Source: Neoechinorhynchus agilis
Taxonomy: Eukaryota; Animalia; Acanthocephala
Direction of reading: 5' to 3'
Length of the DNA stretch: 64,000 bases
Assembly: GCA_051530055.1 (NCBI GenBank)
Contig: CM121341.1
Span: 17,834,784-17,898,783, forward strand
The position numbers were made by a program, and so were the translations under genes. Positions 1 to 11,992 of the stretch are shown here, piece by piece. The notes below the pieces were generated by a model. That model was not told the DNA's origin, searched no databases, and was given only the letters and a program-made list of their open reading frames with translations. The stretch's first letter is position 1. Each line of letters opens with the position of its first letter.

Positions 1-85
1 TTCACGAATTCCGGTTTCATATTAGTTTTTAATTTAAGACTAACTAAGATTTTAGAGTCAGAATCGTACTTTTAGATATTAGGAG

Positions 86-547
86 ATGAACAGCAACTTT
101 AGCAACGGCGGCAATAATTCCAGCAACCCAGAGATTCCAGTTGATCTAAGTAAAGATGTTGTTGATAACGATGAATCGGTGATTGACGAATTGGCCGACT
201 ATAGACCGAATGATCCATCTGGAGAATCTGCGGTGAAGAACACTATAAGAAGCATGCAACAGGTAATGCCGGACTGTCCAGAAGACAGCGATGCTGCCGA
301 AGTACTTGAATACACCTACATCCACCTTAAAGCGTGGACAGTTGCGCAAGCCATGATAAGACTACATAGAGGTGATGATTCAACGGAGGATGAAATTAAA
401 AAATGCGTAGAAGCCGAGAATTCAATATTCGAACATGCAATCGATGTGGTCTCAGAAATGTTTGAAGGAACGTCGTTCAACATAGGTTCGACAGTAGAGT
501 CAATGAGGCAAAGGCGTGAGGAAGCCAAAGTGAGCACAGCCAAATAA
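86..547 (+). CDS. HLH protein lacking a basic region (divergent paralog of the USF-like gene at 23814)
   Basis: 153-aa ATG ORF. VKNTIRSMQQVMPDCPEDSDAAEVLEYTYIHLKAWTVAQAMIRLHRG aligns without gaps to IREGVTRIQECLPETNAKESTSEILTRACNRLRFLNITLTMQKYLRG of the 23730 ORF. The basic-region position reads YRPNDPSGESA. Confidence 0.6.
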   Translation: MNSNFSNGGNNSSNPEIPVDLSKDVVDNDESVIDELADYRPNDPSGESAVKNTIRSMQQVMPDCPEDSDAAEVLEYTYIHLKAWTVAQAMIRLHRGDDSTEDEIKKCVEAENSIFEHAIDVVSEMFEGTSFNIGSTVESMRQRREEAKVSTAK

Positions 548-584
548 CCCGCGGGCAGTCATTAAAATTTTCTTAAGAATCAAG

Positions 585-1064
585 CTGAATCATTCACCAA
601 TTTCAGCACGTTAAATGGTTACTTAAAATCCTTTTTTGTGACGAAAGTTAAAATCGATACAATCTCGTACACTATAGAAAATATTGAAACTATCGACTTT
701 ATAGAAATACACAAATCTCATTCAACACAACAGTCGTTATGCTACATTCTAACCGTTCCGATAAATAGTCTTAATTTTGCAACGAGCAAACATTCTGTTG
801 GCATGAGCATTAGGCAAAATTCTATCCAATTGTTCCTCCGAGTGGATGTGTATTCTCAATGGCGAGTTGTAACACACTCGAGTTTTATTGAAATGAAGCT
901 TGCGAATTTTCAATGCCTCAGCCTCCTTCTCAAGCATTGTTAAAGTGTTAACTCTGCACCAAATTTTCTCAAAAATCAATCTGAATCATTCACCAATTTC
1001 AGCATATTAAATGGTTACTTAAATCCTTTTTTGGTGACGAAAGTGAAAATCGATACAATCTCGT
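585..1064 (+). repeat. ~83-nt direct repeat, 2 copies (585-667, 981-1064)
   Basis: ctgaatcattcaccaatttcagca...aaaatcgatacaatctcgt occurs twice, 396 nt apart. Confidence 0.9.
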
Positions 1065-1185
1065 GCCCTTTCAAGTGCGGATTTAACACTTTAACGATGC
1101 TTGAGAAGTAGGCTAAGGCCTTGAAAATTCGCAAGATTGATTTAAATAAAACTCGAGTGTGTTACGATTCGTTATTGAGAATTTA
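820..1185. mobile_element. Hairpin/MITE-like family M1 (arms ~820-955 and ~1081-1185)
   Basis: The arm acactcgagttttattgaa...gcctcagcctccttctcaagc has its reverse complement at 1081-1185. A second copy lies at 20202-20397. Confidence 0.75.
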
Positions 1186-2279
1186 GCAAAATGCAATGAA
1201 TTTGGGTCCAATTTCTAAGCTGAGATATTTTCCAGCAACACCAATCTAAATCGATTAACAAAATTACAATATTTCCCACATATCACAGCATCAAACAATT
1301 CATTCGTGAAATACTGTCCAAGAAACTTGCCACTTTTTTTAAATCAAATGCAGTTGAACGGGACGATTTTTTGCACGTTGATCGGATTAATGTTAAACTC
1401 GTTTGTAATAACATGAAGAGTCATTCTCTCACGACGACTCAATAAATTAAGATGCTGATAATTCATCGACCGGAATAATCGCTCATGATAGACAAGTAGA
1501 ATTCATATTACTGTAATGTGATGATTATCGATGACCTTTGTATTTTCGTAGTTTCTCGGCGAGGTAAACATGATAATTCTGATGTAAGCAGCGTCTAAGG
1601 CTTACACTAACGTTTTACTAAAAATAACCGATTTCCTAATTTTAAGATGCGTCGATTAACCTTCTAGCAGCAAAAATGCAAAATGTAGGAGGGATGAAAC
1701 TCCCGCTCCTTTGATTTTCCTCACATTATGAAGGGTAATGCAACGGGATGAATTGAAACGATTTTCAGTAAAATTTCTAGACGACGGTATTTTTCACAAC
1801 TTTATTTTATCGAATAATCAATGTTTAAATTAAAAAATGTTTATAATTTTTTTCCCTACTGTTCGATTGCAAAACTATCTTGGGATTAAATTAAAAACGA
1901 GGAATTAATAATTCGTTAATCTGTAAAAGATTATTTTCTTTTTTAATGCATCGTAGAAAAGTTAAATGGATTTTAATGAAAAAATTATAGCTTACGAAGA
2001 GACAAAAACGATTTTAAATATGAAAATCTAATGGATTTCGGGAAGGAAACATGAAATACTGTTCAGTTGGTAAAGCGGCTGAAATTCAAACTTGAAACGA
2101 AGCTGTATTATTTTTCAAAATGAAATATTGCTTATAACGCCGTTGCAAAGTTTAAGGTCTACCAGCGTTTTTAGAGAGATATATTTGAAACGAATGTGCA
2201 CGAGTTTCAAAAATGTTCTACCTCGTCGACAAAAGAGATTTTTCTTTAAATATTAGTAATAAAATACCTTCTCATGGTA

Positions 2280-2795
2280 CTACTGAGTTCCACAATTTAA
2301 CGTTCTAGCTGCAGAATTGGCCCGGTTGTTTAACCGATAGTGACGATCGATAACGTGTTGTATTTTCCGTACTAAAAGCATGACAGCGCTCCATCCGTAC
2401 GAATTTAACGGATTTCGAATGATATTCCCAACAATAACATCAAGTTGATTCTCTTTGATTTGACGTAGATTTAATCGAAGACCCAAAATCTGGTCTATAA
2501 CGTTTCGAGCAAATCGCCAATCAACGATCATGAAGCTGTCTTTTTTCATGCAGTTCTTGAGATCGACTGTAAGTCGTCCTAAAATGGATTCAGTGTATCC
2601 TTGGCTCAGATTGTGATCCATTTCAGCATCCAGAAATTCAAAACATTTATAGACCGGTATTGGTGTTGCAAACGTATTCGAATGTCTCACATATTTGCGT
2701 TTCAGTTTGCAAAACATTTGAGTAACACGTAGTCTTGATCGAAACTGTCGCCGGGTATAACGATATTCGGAGCTCGCCGTCCATGAGGTGGTCAC
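2280..2795 (-). CDS. Possible highly divergent bHLH-like ORF (may be a pseudogene)
   Basis: RRQFRSRLRVTQMFCKLKRKYV fits a basic/helix-1 pattern and PVYKCFEFL fits helix 2. The ORF starts at GTG and the first in-frame ATG lies inside helix 1. Confidence 0.35.
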   Translation of the reverse strand: MTTSWTASSEYRYTRRQFRSRLRVTQMFCKLKRKYVRHSNTFATPIPVYKCFEFLDAEMDHNLSQGYTESILGRLTVDLKNCMKKDSFMIVDWRFARNVIDQILGLRLNLRQIKENQLDVIVGNIIRNPLNSYGWSAVMLLVRKIQHVIDRHYRLNNRANSAARTLNCGTQ

Positions 2796-3242
2796 GAGTG
2801 CGGTTTAATCTAGAAGAACATTATGGCATATTTAGCATGCAGTTAAAAAATCGATGAAAGTATTGAATATCAAAAAAAATTTATAGATAAAAAATTGGGA
2901 TTAGCACCATAAAGCGAGGCCCTGTTTTTTATGTTCGCACCTTTGATTGAGTAAAGAGTGAAACTAAAAATGAAGGCTAAACTTTAGAATAAGTTCGATC
3001 AAATTGAGCGAGTGGTCTTAACGACTGCGAGCGGAGAAGCAATAAATAACGAGGTAGGCCCTATAGCGGACCTTCTAAAAACAATCCATTATGTTATAAA
3101 TGGTCTTAACATATTTTGTTGAAATATTTTATGAGGAAGCCACGCCTCGTCAGTCATCTAAAAGGATTTTAGTTGTATGGCTCAGAATGCGAATTAATTC
3201 AATCAAATATTTTTTAAGTGCTGAAGTGAACATCTTTTGCAA

Positions 3243-4075
3243 GGCTGATAATTTTTCCTTGGCCACGCAGCCCATTGATCTGGTCCAGGGAAGCGCATGA
3301 AATCACTCAATACTTTGAACCATTCCTCAAATACCTACCGAGGAGGCGGGACTCATCAGTGAGTTTCCTCCACCCTTAAACAAAATACTTCGTCCCCTTT
3401 CGTTATGAGTCATCGACAATAACGATATTGAAATCTTTGACTCTGCAAAAGGGATTCGGGGTTCAAGTCCGTTGGACCATCTTGACACAACTACGGAATG
3501 TTCAAACTCTGAAAGTTTTCATTTTTAATTCTAGACCAATGAATTTCTCTATTTTTGAAGTCGGGCCAGCAGGTAACTTTTATTCGGTATCTATCTATGT
3601 GCGGCCCTTTTCATGGCTGATAATTTTTCCTTGGCCACACAGCCCATTGATCTGGTCCAGGGAAGCGCATGAAATCACTCAATACTTTGAACCATTCCTC
3701 AAATACCTACCGAGGAGGCGGGACTCATCAGTGAGTTTCCTCCACCCTTAAACAAAATACTTCGTCCCCTTTCGTTATGAGTCATCGACAATAACGATAT
3801 TGAAATCTTTGACTCTGCAAAAGGGATTCGGGGTTCAAGTCCGTTGGACCATCTTGACACAACTACAGAATGTTCAAACTCTGAAAGTTTTAAGCATGGG
3901 CCAATCATTGAATTATTTTTATCGTTATTCCGGTTAGCCGATTACATTTATTCTCAAAGTGTTAAAGTTCGGTATGGAAGCGTAAAAAATTTACAACCTT
4001 ATGGTTCAGGGTATTTTATGCCCTTCCCTGACCAAGATCGGTGGGCTGTGTGTACCCAAGGAAAAATAATCGGCC
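3243..4075. repeat. Family M2: ~275-nt segment duplicated (period 373) plus an inverted arm at ~4020-4075
   Basis: 3243-3518 is near identical to 3616-3890. cttccctgaccaagatcggtgggctgtgtgtacccaagg is the reverse complement of the arm. A related copy lies at 22905-23035. Confidence 0.85.
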
Positions 4076-4159
4076 GTTTAAGGGATATTGTAGAGAAGTT
4101 GTTCATTTCTAAATGTGTTCTTTGGTGACTCGGATTTAAATCTTTACTAATTTATTTCC

Positions 4160-4335
4160 CTGATATTGTACCTCTCGGATAATTCCGACAGTTCAACATG
4201 TAAATTGTTTCGAGATGAATGTGAAATGTATAAAGCTGTTTTTCGCAGTGAGAGTTCGTTAGCGAAAATTGATTACAATGACAAACATTGAGAGAAAATG
4301 TCGGAATTATCCTCGAGGTGAAATATCAGAAATAT
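4160..4335. repeat. Hairpin element (family M4-like)
   Basis: tgatattgtacctctcggataattccgac pairs with gtcggaattatcctcgaggtgaaatatca. Confidence 0.6.
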
Positions 4336-4675
4336 ATTTATTATTCTCAATATATCGTCCGTCTCGTTCTTCAGGTTGCTTTCACTTCAACACTGAAAAT
4401 CACATATACGGCTACAAGTACATTGGGTAAAATAATCCAATAAAATACGTTTTATCCGAAATGTGATTATGATCACTACATCCTCAACACTACCATACCA
4501 AAGGACTTGCTGTTGCTTTTAAACAAAAGTGAAGCGTATTGGAACTGCTGTGCACGACAGAATTCACAAGAAGTCGACGTCATTGAATTTTTAGGTTTCC
4601 TCGGTCGGAGGATATTCCCTAGTTTTCAATTTTCTTGTTTTTAGCTTTTTCTAATAGCTCGAAAAAGTAATTTAC

Positions 4676-4917
4676 TGTAAAGAAATTATTCATTGTAGTT
4701 TCAGTTTCAATTAGCGATGTTTGATTTAGAAAAGTAGATTTATATTGAAAATTTTGGGCTTTTTCGTTGGCTTTCTTCAGTCAATTGTTTCGCAAGTTTT
4801 TAGCACGTTGAAGTGAAAGACTTGCGAAACAATTGACTGAAGAAGACCAATGAAAAGACCGAAATTTTCAAGATAAATCTATTTTTCTGAATCAAACATC
4901 GCTAATTGAAACTGAAA
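4676..4917. mobile_element. Hairpin/MITE-like family M3, ~240 nt
   Basis: Long inverted arms (tttcagtttcaattagcgatgtttgat... / ...atcaaacatcgctaattgaaactgaaa), flanked by the direct repeat aaagtaatttac (4664-4675, 4915-4926). Single-arm copies lie at ~42130 and ~63484. Confidence 0.8.
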
Positions 4918-5070
4918 GTAATTTACTTTGGCAAATCGAGCGTTGTTTTAAAGGGGACTATTCTATCAAACGAATTGGCAATAATATTGGATTTGACGAA
5001 TAGTGATTTTTTTCCTCCACTTTTGCGAATACCTTTTTTATATGTTTTTAAGAACCGTTTCGAAGCTTCA

Positions 5071-6739
5071 ATGTCCTGGACAACCGAGCAAATCGAGAGT
5101 TTGTCCCTTGTCAGCACTTTGTATACAGTTCATGGTGAAGAAGGCGAGGTATCGAGTGCGGATGAATGCGATGATCTTCTTGTACATACGACGGAATACT
5201 ATCGATCCAGACCGAATTGTTTTCCCGCAGTAAGACAAATCGATTTTTCACCTTGTGGACAGTACTTTGCTTCAGCTATCGCAAATGGACACATAAATGT
5301 ATATGATGTAGAAGAGCCCAGTCGATCGGTAAACAACGTAATGTGTCTAAAATATGGAGTAGGCAACGTCAGGTACATTCGGGCCATCCCATCAAACAAC
5401 GATCAAGTATACCATTCGTCCACTAAAGTCAATAATGATATTCGTCTTCTAAACATACAATCTAACAAATACGTTCAATATTTTAAAGGTCACAGCGATT
5501 TAGTCGTCAGTCTAAACACTTCTCCGACCGATGATATTTTTGTTAGCAGCTCTTTAGATTCATCAGTGAGATTGTGGGATAGACGGTCGTCTCAAAGCAC
5601 CAGTTCTATGATGATAAGAAAAGCCGGTCTATCCTCCTTCTCGCGTTATCTTGTCTACGATCGATTTAGTATTTGTGCGTTCGATGGTACGGGACAAACC
5701 ATTGCTGTCGCATCCGGATCCGTTTCTCTGAAGTTATTTGATATAAGATATCTTCATTCTTCGGAATGTATCGACCAAATCACCTTGCCTAATGTTAGCC
5801 GAGAGCTCAAAATAGAGCCTGGTGCATTGTGCTTTTCTTCTATTGAGTAATTCCGGGTAGACTCGTGGCGGTGGTCTAATTATCATTTAATTGTCATTGA
5901 ATGGAGACTGTCAAAAAGATTGCCAATATCTTTTTAAATCAATAATCTCGAATTTTAATCATAAAACAATATTATTCGGCATCGCATACTCGAATTGTAG
6001 TATAAATTCGTTTTATCTTGCTCGGAACAATGATTATCTATTTTAACTTGATCGATTTTTCGAGTCTTGTCCCGTTTTATACAGCCCAAATAACAAGATG
6101 ATATCCATGAATCGATCAGATGGTCTTGTGTATCTGATAGGTCTATCAAATGAAAATCGATGCGCTTCTGTGATCGATGTATATGACGTTGTTCGTGATA
6201 ATCCGTATTATTCCCTTAAATCGATTATTGATAATTGTAGCCGGTTATCATCTAAAACTGGCAAATCGACAAGCAAGTGGCATTGCGACTGCATTGTTTG
6301 CCTTCCCCAACAAACAGTATCATCATTTAGTCCTGATTCAAGGTTTCTACTTTGTCCAACATATCCAAATGGACTTATATGCTACGACGTACAAAACAGA
6401 CAGACCGTGGGAAATTTTGCCACGCTCGGTCGTGTTCGAATGTCTCTATTTCACCCAAAACTTGCATTGGTTATAACATCGAACAGGCATCTTTCCTTCT
6501 GGGCACCGGGAAGTAAGCCCTCCGCTCTTATTGATGAGAATCTTAAATCGATGATTAAGCGATCAGGCGACGTATCACCGTCGCGTTTTAATAAATCCAT
6601 CGTAAAAGAAAGACAAACTGAAACTGTTCCACAATACAACGAGAAACAAATGATTGCCATCGAGGGAAAAAGAAAATCTAAGGAGATAGAATGCTTAGGA
6701 TCGGTGCTGTCTCCTATTGTTGAGGAAGATGCTTCTTAA
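5071..6739 (+). CDS. WDR82: WD40 protein WDR82/Swd2; exons 5071-5846 and 6085-6739
   Basis: IDFSPCGQYFASA, YHSSTKVNNDIRLLNIQSNKYVQYFKGHSDLVVSLNTSPTDDIFVSSSLDSSVRLWD, LKLFDIR and SFSPDSRFL match WDR82. The GT-AG intron 5847-6084 joins the two ORFs in frame. Confidence 0.88.
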
Positions 6740-6869
6740 AAATATACGGGTACTCTATTCATCTAAATGCTTAAAATTTGCCAAATTAAACTTCAGAGAT
6801 CAATTTTGTGTATCTCTTACACAATTTTTGAATTATTCTGCACTACTTGATACACTTGGGCGAGCTGTT

Positions 6870-8092
6870 GTAGCTCGCTCAAGGCATTACCCAGCAGCAC
6901 ACAGTATCACCGGGTGTAGAGTTCCTGGGAAGACTAAAGGCGCGAATACAGAATATAGAATGATTCCTGCTGATTTCAAGTCCTTATTCACATAAGTGCC
7001 ATTGGAATCAGCGATCAACCTTACGATTCCTATATTCCAACGCGATGTAGAAGGATGGAATTTAACGATACCTGAATAGAAGGAACTTTTAAACATGCGC
7101 ACGAGGAATACGAATTTCAACATCGAAGGTAAGAACTATGATCAAGTTGATGAATTATCCATGAGTCCTCTTGCCTCAGTTTTCACCGAATTGCTCATGT
7201 GCGATTGTGAGGCCAAGTATGTATTCAGCCTACCGTTTGTCAAATTCTGGCAGAGATACGTAGATAATACTTTTATCTTAATTGACAAATCCACAGAGAT
7301 TTCAGTTGATATCGCAAACCATGCCATAAAAATATAGCCAAGCATCGAGATTTCCATCATCTTTTTGGTCGACGAAGCAGGCAATTTATGCTGCTGATAC
7401 ACGCAGGGCAGCAATGATTTGCTCATCGCCATTAAAGGAGAAAAGAATGAATATTTGCGTAACGAGATCATGCGTTTCAGCGGCGGTGTGATTCAAGAGA
7501 GAAGAAACGGAAAAATGATCTATCACGGAATCGATATGAAGGAAAACCGGTTCTCAGGATTCCATATATCAGTAAAAAGGTCACTAGTGACGCTCGAAAG
7601 CTCTTGTGACTATAGAGAATGGATGCCCGGATTGTCAACGGAAGCGCACCTACACTTAAGCGAGTTCTGGCGAGAACTGGACATCATGAAACGCCGGAAA
7701 CAAGTCCAGCATCGTCCTTGATGTGTACGCAACCGAGAAGTCAGTCGCGAGTTCATCTATAAACAGGCAAAACTCAGCGTCATTTGATTGAACATTTGAC
7801 GGAACACGTTTGTAATGCACTGAATCCGGACGAAAAATCATGGCCACGCCATGGACAAAGCACCACTCACGGGGCCACGATGGCGGAGAATAAAACTCTA
7901 CGCCAGTTAGGTTTGAAGCCAAGTATCCGTTGGAATTATCTATCACCGCAGCACAGCTTATATTTCGAGCGGTTTGAAGGCGACGATGTTTCCGTAGACA
8001 ATACGAACAAGAATTCTGGACGTCCGCTCGACAGAGCCCCAGAACTGCTCAACAAGCGAGACGAACTTTCCGCTTCGATGTCGTTAATTTAA
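6870..8092 (+). mobile_element. Degenerate Penelope-like element (RT plus C-terminal endonuclease region)
   Basis: YDQVDELSMSPLASVFTELLM...KFWQRYVDNTF resembles the PLE RT motifs. LGLKPSIRWNYL and LLNKRDEL resemble the PLE C-terminus. Frameshifted. Confidence 0.65.
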
Positions 8093-8349
8093 AGTACTTC
8101 ACATGCCGTAAGACGGCGAAAGCTTGAAAATAAAGTCTCTTTATCATTGCAACAGCTATTCCAAGTTTCGATTTAAAAACCGTTGTTTGATTGGAAAAGG
8201 GATCGTGTAATGCAATATTCTTTATCGTTTCATTCGCGGTTGTTATGCTTCCATCAAAGAAGGATTTTTAAGCTTATGCTGAGGAAACCTTTAATGTGCT
8301 CGAAAATAAAAAGGCGCCGTACTTTCCCCTCTCCTCTTTGACATTTTTC

Positions 8350-9240
8350 TAAATGGCCTTCATCCCCTCATACCCCCTACCAAATATTTTCTCTATGCCG
8401 ATGACCTCACAGTCATTACCATCGCATCTCCCTCTCTCCCTCTCCACAACCATGGACGAGCTCAACCATCTCATTTCCTCGCTCTCCACCCTAAACCTCT
8501 CCCTAAATTTATCCAAATCTTTTGAGCTTGTCCCCCACATTTCCAAACGCAACCTTATCCCCGCGCCTCTCCCTCTCCCCCTCCAACACTCCTCTTCTCT
8601 CCGAATACTGGGCCTGACTTTCCAAGAAAACCCTAAATGGTATGCCCACATTTCATTTACCCTCTCTAAAGATAATCCTCGTCTTTACCTCCTCAAACTC
8701 CTCCGGCGTCGTGTTGTATCCCCTTAACACCTTGCCCACTTTTATCTCTCTGCCATCCTCCCTATCCTTACATACGCCTTCCCCGCTTTCCTCGCCCTTT
8801 CCACCAATGCTCTCCATTCCCTCAAAACCTTCCACAAGAGAGCAGCGAAAATATGTGGGACTTCACTCCTCCCCTCGACGCCCACCTCCTCTCCATTTTC
8901 TCCAAAAACGCCCTCCGTCTTCTTCAACCCCCTCCACAATTTTCTTCTTTCATCTCTAAATACTCTTCCTTCGTAAACACCCGTAACCCCAACCTTTTTC
9001 ATCCCCCCTCGCTCGTACGACCCTCTACCAAAAATCTTTACTCCCCCAAACCAATCTTTCCTTAATAACCAGAGAACAAGGAAAGACTCCTAATCTGTCA
9101 TTCTCCTGTAAAACTCCTTCAAAGATAAGTCCCACCTCCCTGCCTCAACATCCGACATCCAGACACCTTCAGCAAAGATAGATGCTGGCAAGTGTATGGA
9201 TCGTTCTTTTCTTAAATTAATAAAACGTGTTTATATAAAT
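8350..9240 (+). mobile_element. 5'-truncated L2/CR1-group non-LTR retrotransposon (RT C-terminus and 3' UTR)
   Basis: LYADDL, LNLSKS, LRILGLTFQENPKWYAHI, RLYLLKLLRR; AATAAA near 9220. Strongly C/T-rich strand. Related copies at 29040 and 61908. Confidence 0.85.
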
Positions 9241-9291
9241 ACAAACCGAGACGCAATTTTTTATTAAATAGAAGTCAATATATTAAGTTTG

Positions 9292-10518
9292 CTATCTTCC
9301 TATTCCAAAACGATAATCATGCTTCTTATTCTTACCTGATGGTGAAACGGCATCCGGTAGGATATCCGGATTCAAAAAGTCATATGTTCCATTATTCACT
9401 ACAAACAGTACATTTGTATAATATGGTGATATAGAGAACGTGAAATTCCTTTCGGGTAAATTATTCCCTATGAGATTCAATACTTGCAAATCTTTCAATA
9501 GCGAAAATGCATTATTGGGAATTGTCTGTAACAGGTTACTCGAGAGATCTAACCATTTGAGTCTTTGCCAGAGTTTGAAATCGTTTTTTCGCACCGTTCC
9601 GATCAAATTAAATGCAACCGAAATATTATGAATTGTTAAATTAGTTAATCGCCCTCCTCGAGGAAATACTATAAGATTTCCGTCAATCAGCTCGAGTGCT
9701 TTCAGATTACTCAAATTCTTTAGCCGGGACGCGTCGAATTTTCGGTTTAACGACCGTTTTATTGTTACCTTCTCAATGCTGGAAACTTTCTGTAATTGAT
9801 TCATTTCAGACGCAATAGGACCATTTAACGAAAACTTAATCTCCCTCAGGTTTGTTAAATCCGCTCCGTCTTCGATTTCTAAGTATTGAATGGGATTGTT
9901 GAGCGCAGTTATTTTTGTTAGTTCGTGAAAGCAATTTTGCCTTGTGAAGTGCAAAGCATTGAGCTTATTGTCATCAATGTTCAATTCCTTTAGAAAACAG
10001 AATTCTCTGAATTCGTCAAGAGTGATTAGGGCGTTTCCTTCAAGATCAAGTCTTTGCAATAACGGCAACTTTTGACCCAGGTCTGTTCTCAAATGTGAAA
10101 CAAAAGATCCCTTCACATACATTTCTTTCAAAATCAAAATTTTTTTCGCTCCAATTGATTCTATGTTCATGTTTTCCAAATGTAAAATTTCAATACTTTC
10201 TGCAAAGTCAAGAGTAACGTTCGAGCACTTCTCTGCATAGTCGACGATCGATAGTTCATGCAGGTTCGGAAATATTTTATTAACTTCAAATTGAACTTCT
10301 TCAATCGATACTTGAAATAAGAATAATTTTAGGACTTGCCGTTTTTCAAATTCATTGAATACTTCATATAACCCATTTCTGCTATAATCCTCATTTCCGC
10401 ATTTTATAAATGCAGAATCCCTTACGTGAAACAATTTGCTGCATTTTCTGACTTGATTGGCATTTATTAATTGAAGTAAAACGAGAATGAATAACATTCC
10501 GAATATCGTCCTCATCAT
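9292..10518 (-). CDS. Secreted/extracellular leucine-rich repeat protein
   Basis: Signal peptide MMRTIFGMLFILVLLQLINA and LxxLxLxxNxL repeats (LQRLDLEGNAL, LKWLDLSSNLL, LQVLNLIGNNL). A strong AG|GTAAG donor at 9335 has no identified downstream exon. Confidence 0.85.
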   Translation of the reverse strand: MMRTIFGMLFILVLLQLINANQVRKCSKLFHVRDSAFIKCGNEDYSRNGLYEVFNEFEKRQVLKLFLFQVSIEEVQFEVNKIFPNLHELSIVDYAEKCSNVTLDFAESIEILHLENMNIESIGAKKILILKEMYVKGSFVSHLRTDLGQKLPLLQRLDLEGNALITLDEFREFCFLKELNIDDNKLNALHFTRQNCFHELTKITALNNPIQYLEIEDGADLTNLREIKFSLNGPIASEMNQLQKVSSIEKVTIKRSLNRKFDASRLKNLSNLKALELIDGNLIVFPRGGRLTNLTIHNISVAFNLIGTVRKNDFKLWQRLKWLDLSSNLLQTIPNNAFSLLKDLQVLNLIGNNLPERNFTFSISPYYTNVLFVVNNGTYDFLNPDILPDAVSPSGKNKKHDYRFGIGR

Positions 10519-11467
10519 TAGATTTGTGGATAGAGTTAAAGCTTTATGAAACCGATATTTATATACCGCTTGCGGTTCGCTAAGCTTCACGCTTAAAGTA
10601 ACACGTCTTTTTTGGGACAAAAATGAGAAACTCTTCACGTACATGAGAAATTTGACATTTCGCGAACTTAAAAAATGTACTTTGAAGTGGGAGATGAATG
10701 ATGAATGTTTTTAGGACTTGTTTCTTTGAGATGGTTTGAAGAGACAACTAGATTATGACTGAGTATATCAAATTATTAAAAACTATTGCCTAGAATTTTT
10801 ACTTTTAGCATGGAATTTAAAACGCGCTTTGAACGAAGATATATCAAAGGTACAAAAATATACTTAAAGTTAAATTGAAATCGGCAGTAGTTTTACTAAA
10901 GGATAAAATTAAAATGTTATTAAAGCTTTTTCCTTGTTTTAATATTTATTAAATTCTTCATAGTATAATTGACACGTTTTATAGGTAAGATTACATTCTT
11001 TTCTTAGAAAAACACCCTTAGGAATATGCTTAAAATTTTGCTTTTTAATTTCTGAGTTTTAGATTTTAAATAATCAACTTCTGTGTTATTTGTGATGAGT
11101 GCGCAGGCCTCTCTTTTTATTAGCATCTTAACACCAAGACTGTTTTTCCTATCTTTAACTTCGTAACATATTATTTTTATCGTCGAACTATAACTAATTT
11201 TCCTAGCCTTTGTATTTGGATGCTTCTTCATAGTTTGAACAAATCGATCTATAATAGCGTATAAAGTTGTGACGAGTATCTTAGCTTTTGAATCGCTAGT
11301 GTTTACTTCGACTTACGTAGTTTTTCATCTTGGCATTTAGTTTAATATCTCTTTAACGATCAAAGTATTTATAACCTTTTAGAGAGAGTTATATTTGTTG
11401 CCCAAAAATTAACCGCGGTAGGTTAAATGTTTTTTCTACGAATTAAATTATTTAGCTTAAAGTTCTT

Positions 11468-11992
11468 TTATAAAGGCGTTGAAGAACACTCACGCAGGCT
11501 CTTTTTCTTTCCTTCATTTTTCTCACGAATTTCAACAACAGTTTTCACTTTTCCCTGTATTGCACAAAGGCATTGGAAAAATTCGTTCTGAAATTTCGAC
11601 TCGTGTACCCAAAATCCATATACGTTTTTTTCGACAATCATTGAACCGGATGTATATGTCCTATTACTTTCATTATCTATGAGCGTCACAGTTACCCGCA
11701 AATCTTGAACGTCTGATCTACATTTGAGTTGTAGCTGCTCGGTTAAACGACTCAAAGTATTATCGGCAATATCGTTGACCATGATTCTCATAAGCGTTTT
11801 TCTCTCTTTTTTATTTAACGAGAGTCTTGCTATAATTGACTGTGGAGTGCTCAGAATCCGTCGAGCAACTGAACATAAAATATTGTCGATTTGTCTGGGG
11901 TCCATTAAACTTTGAATATAAATACAAGTTTTCGTAGTAGTAGTTAAGGTATTGTTCGCATGAGAGATTAAATCTCGTTGCATTTGATCCAT
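11468..11992 (-). CDS. Hypothetical protein, 174 aa (possibly the last exon of a spliced gene)
   Basis: Long ATG ORF in AT-rich sequence with globular-looking composition. No motif recognised. Confidence 0.4.
   Translation of the reverse strand: MDQMQRDLISHANNTLTTTTKTCIYIQSLMDPRQIDNILCSVARRILSTPQSIIARLSLNKKERKTLMRIMVNDIADNTLSRLTEQLQLKCRSDVQDLRVTVTLIDNESNRTYTSGSMIVEKNVYGFWVHESKFQNEFFQCLCAIQGKVKTVVEIREKNEGKKKSLRECSSTPL

Noticed and set aside
3345-3365. CUGAUGAGUCC on the minus strand
   Set aside because: No stem II closure or GAAA downstream.
3450-3480. tRNA B-box-like GGTTCAAGTCC in family M2
   Set aside because: T-stem and anticodon stem do not pair and there is no A-box.
4906-5070. N-terminal extension of the WDR82 ORF
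   Set aside because: It begins at TTG inside the M3 hairpin; homology starts at ATG 5071.
8100-8125. GCCGU-AAG-ACGGC-GAAA hairpin after the Penelope relic
   Set aside because: Resembles hammerhead stem II, but the CUGANGA core is absent.
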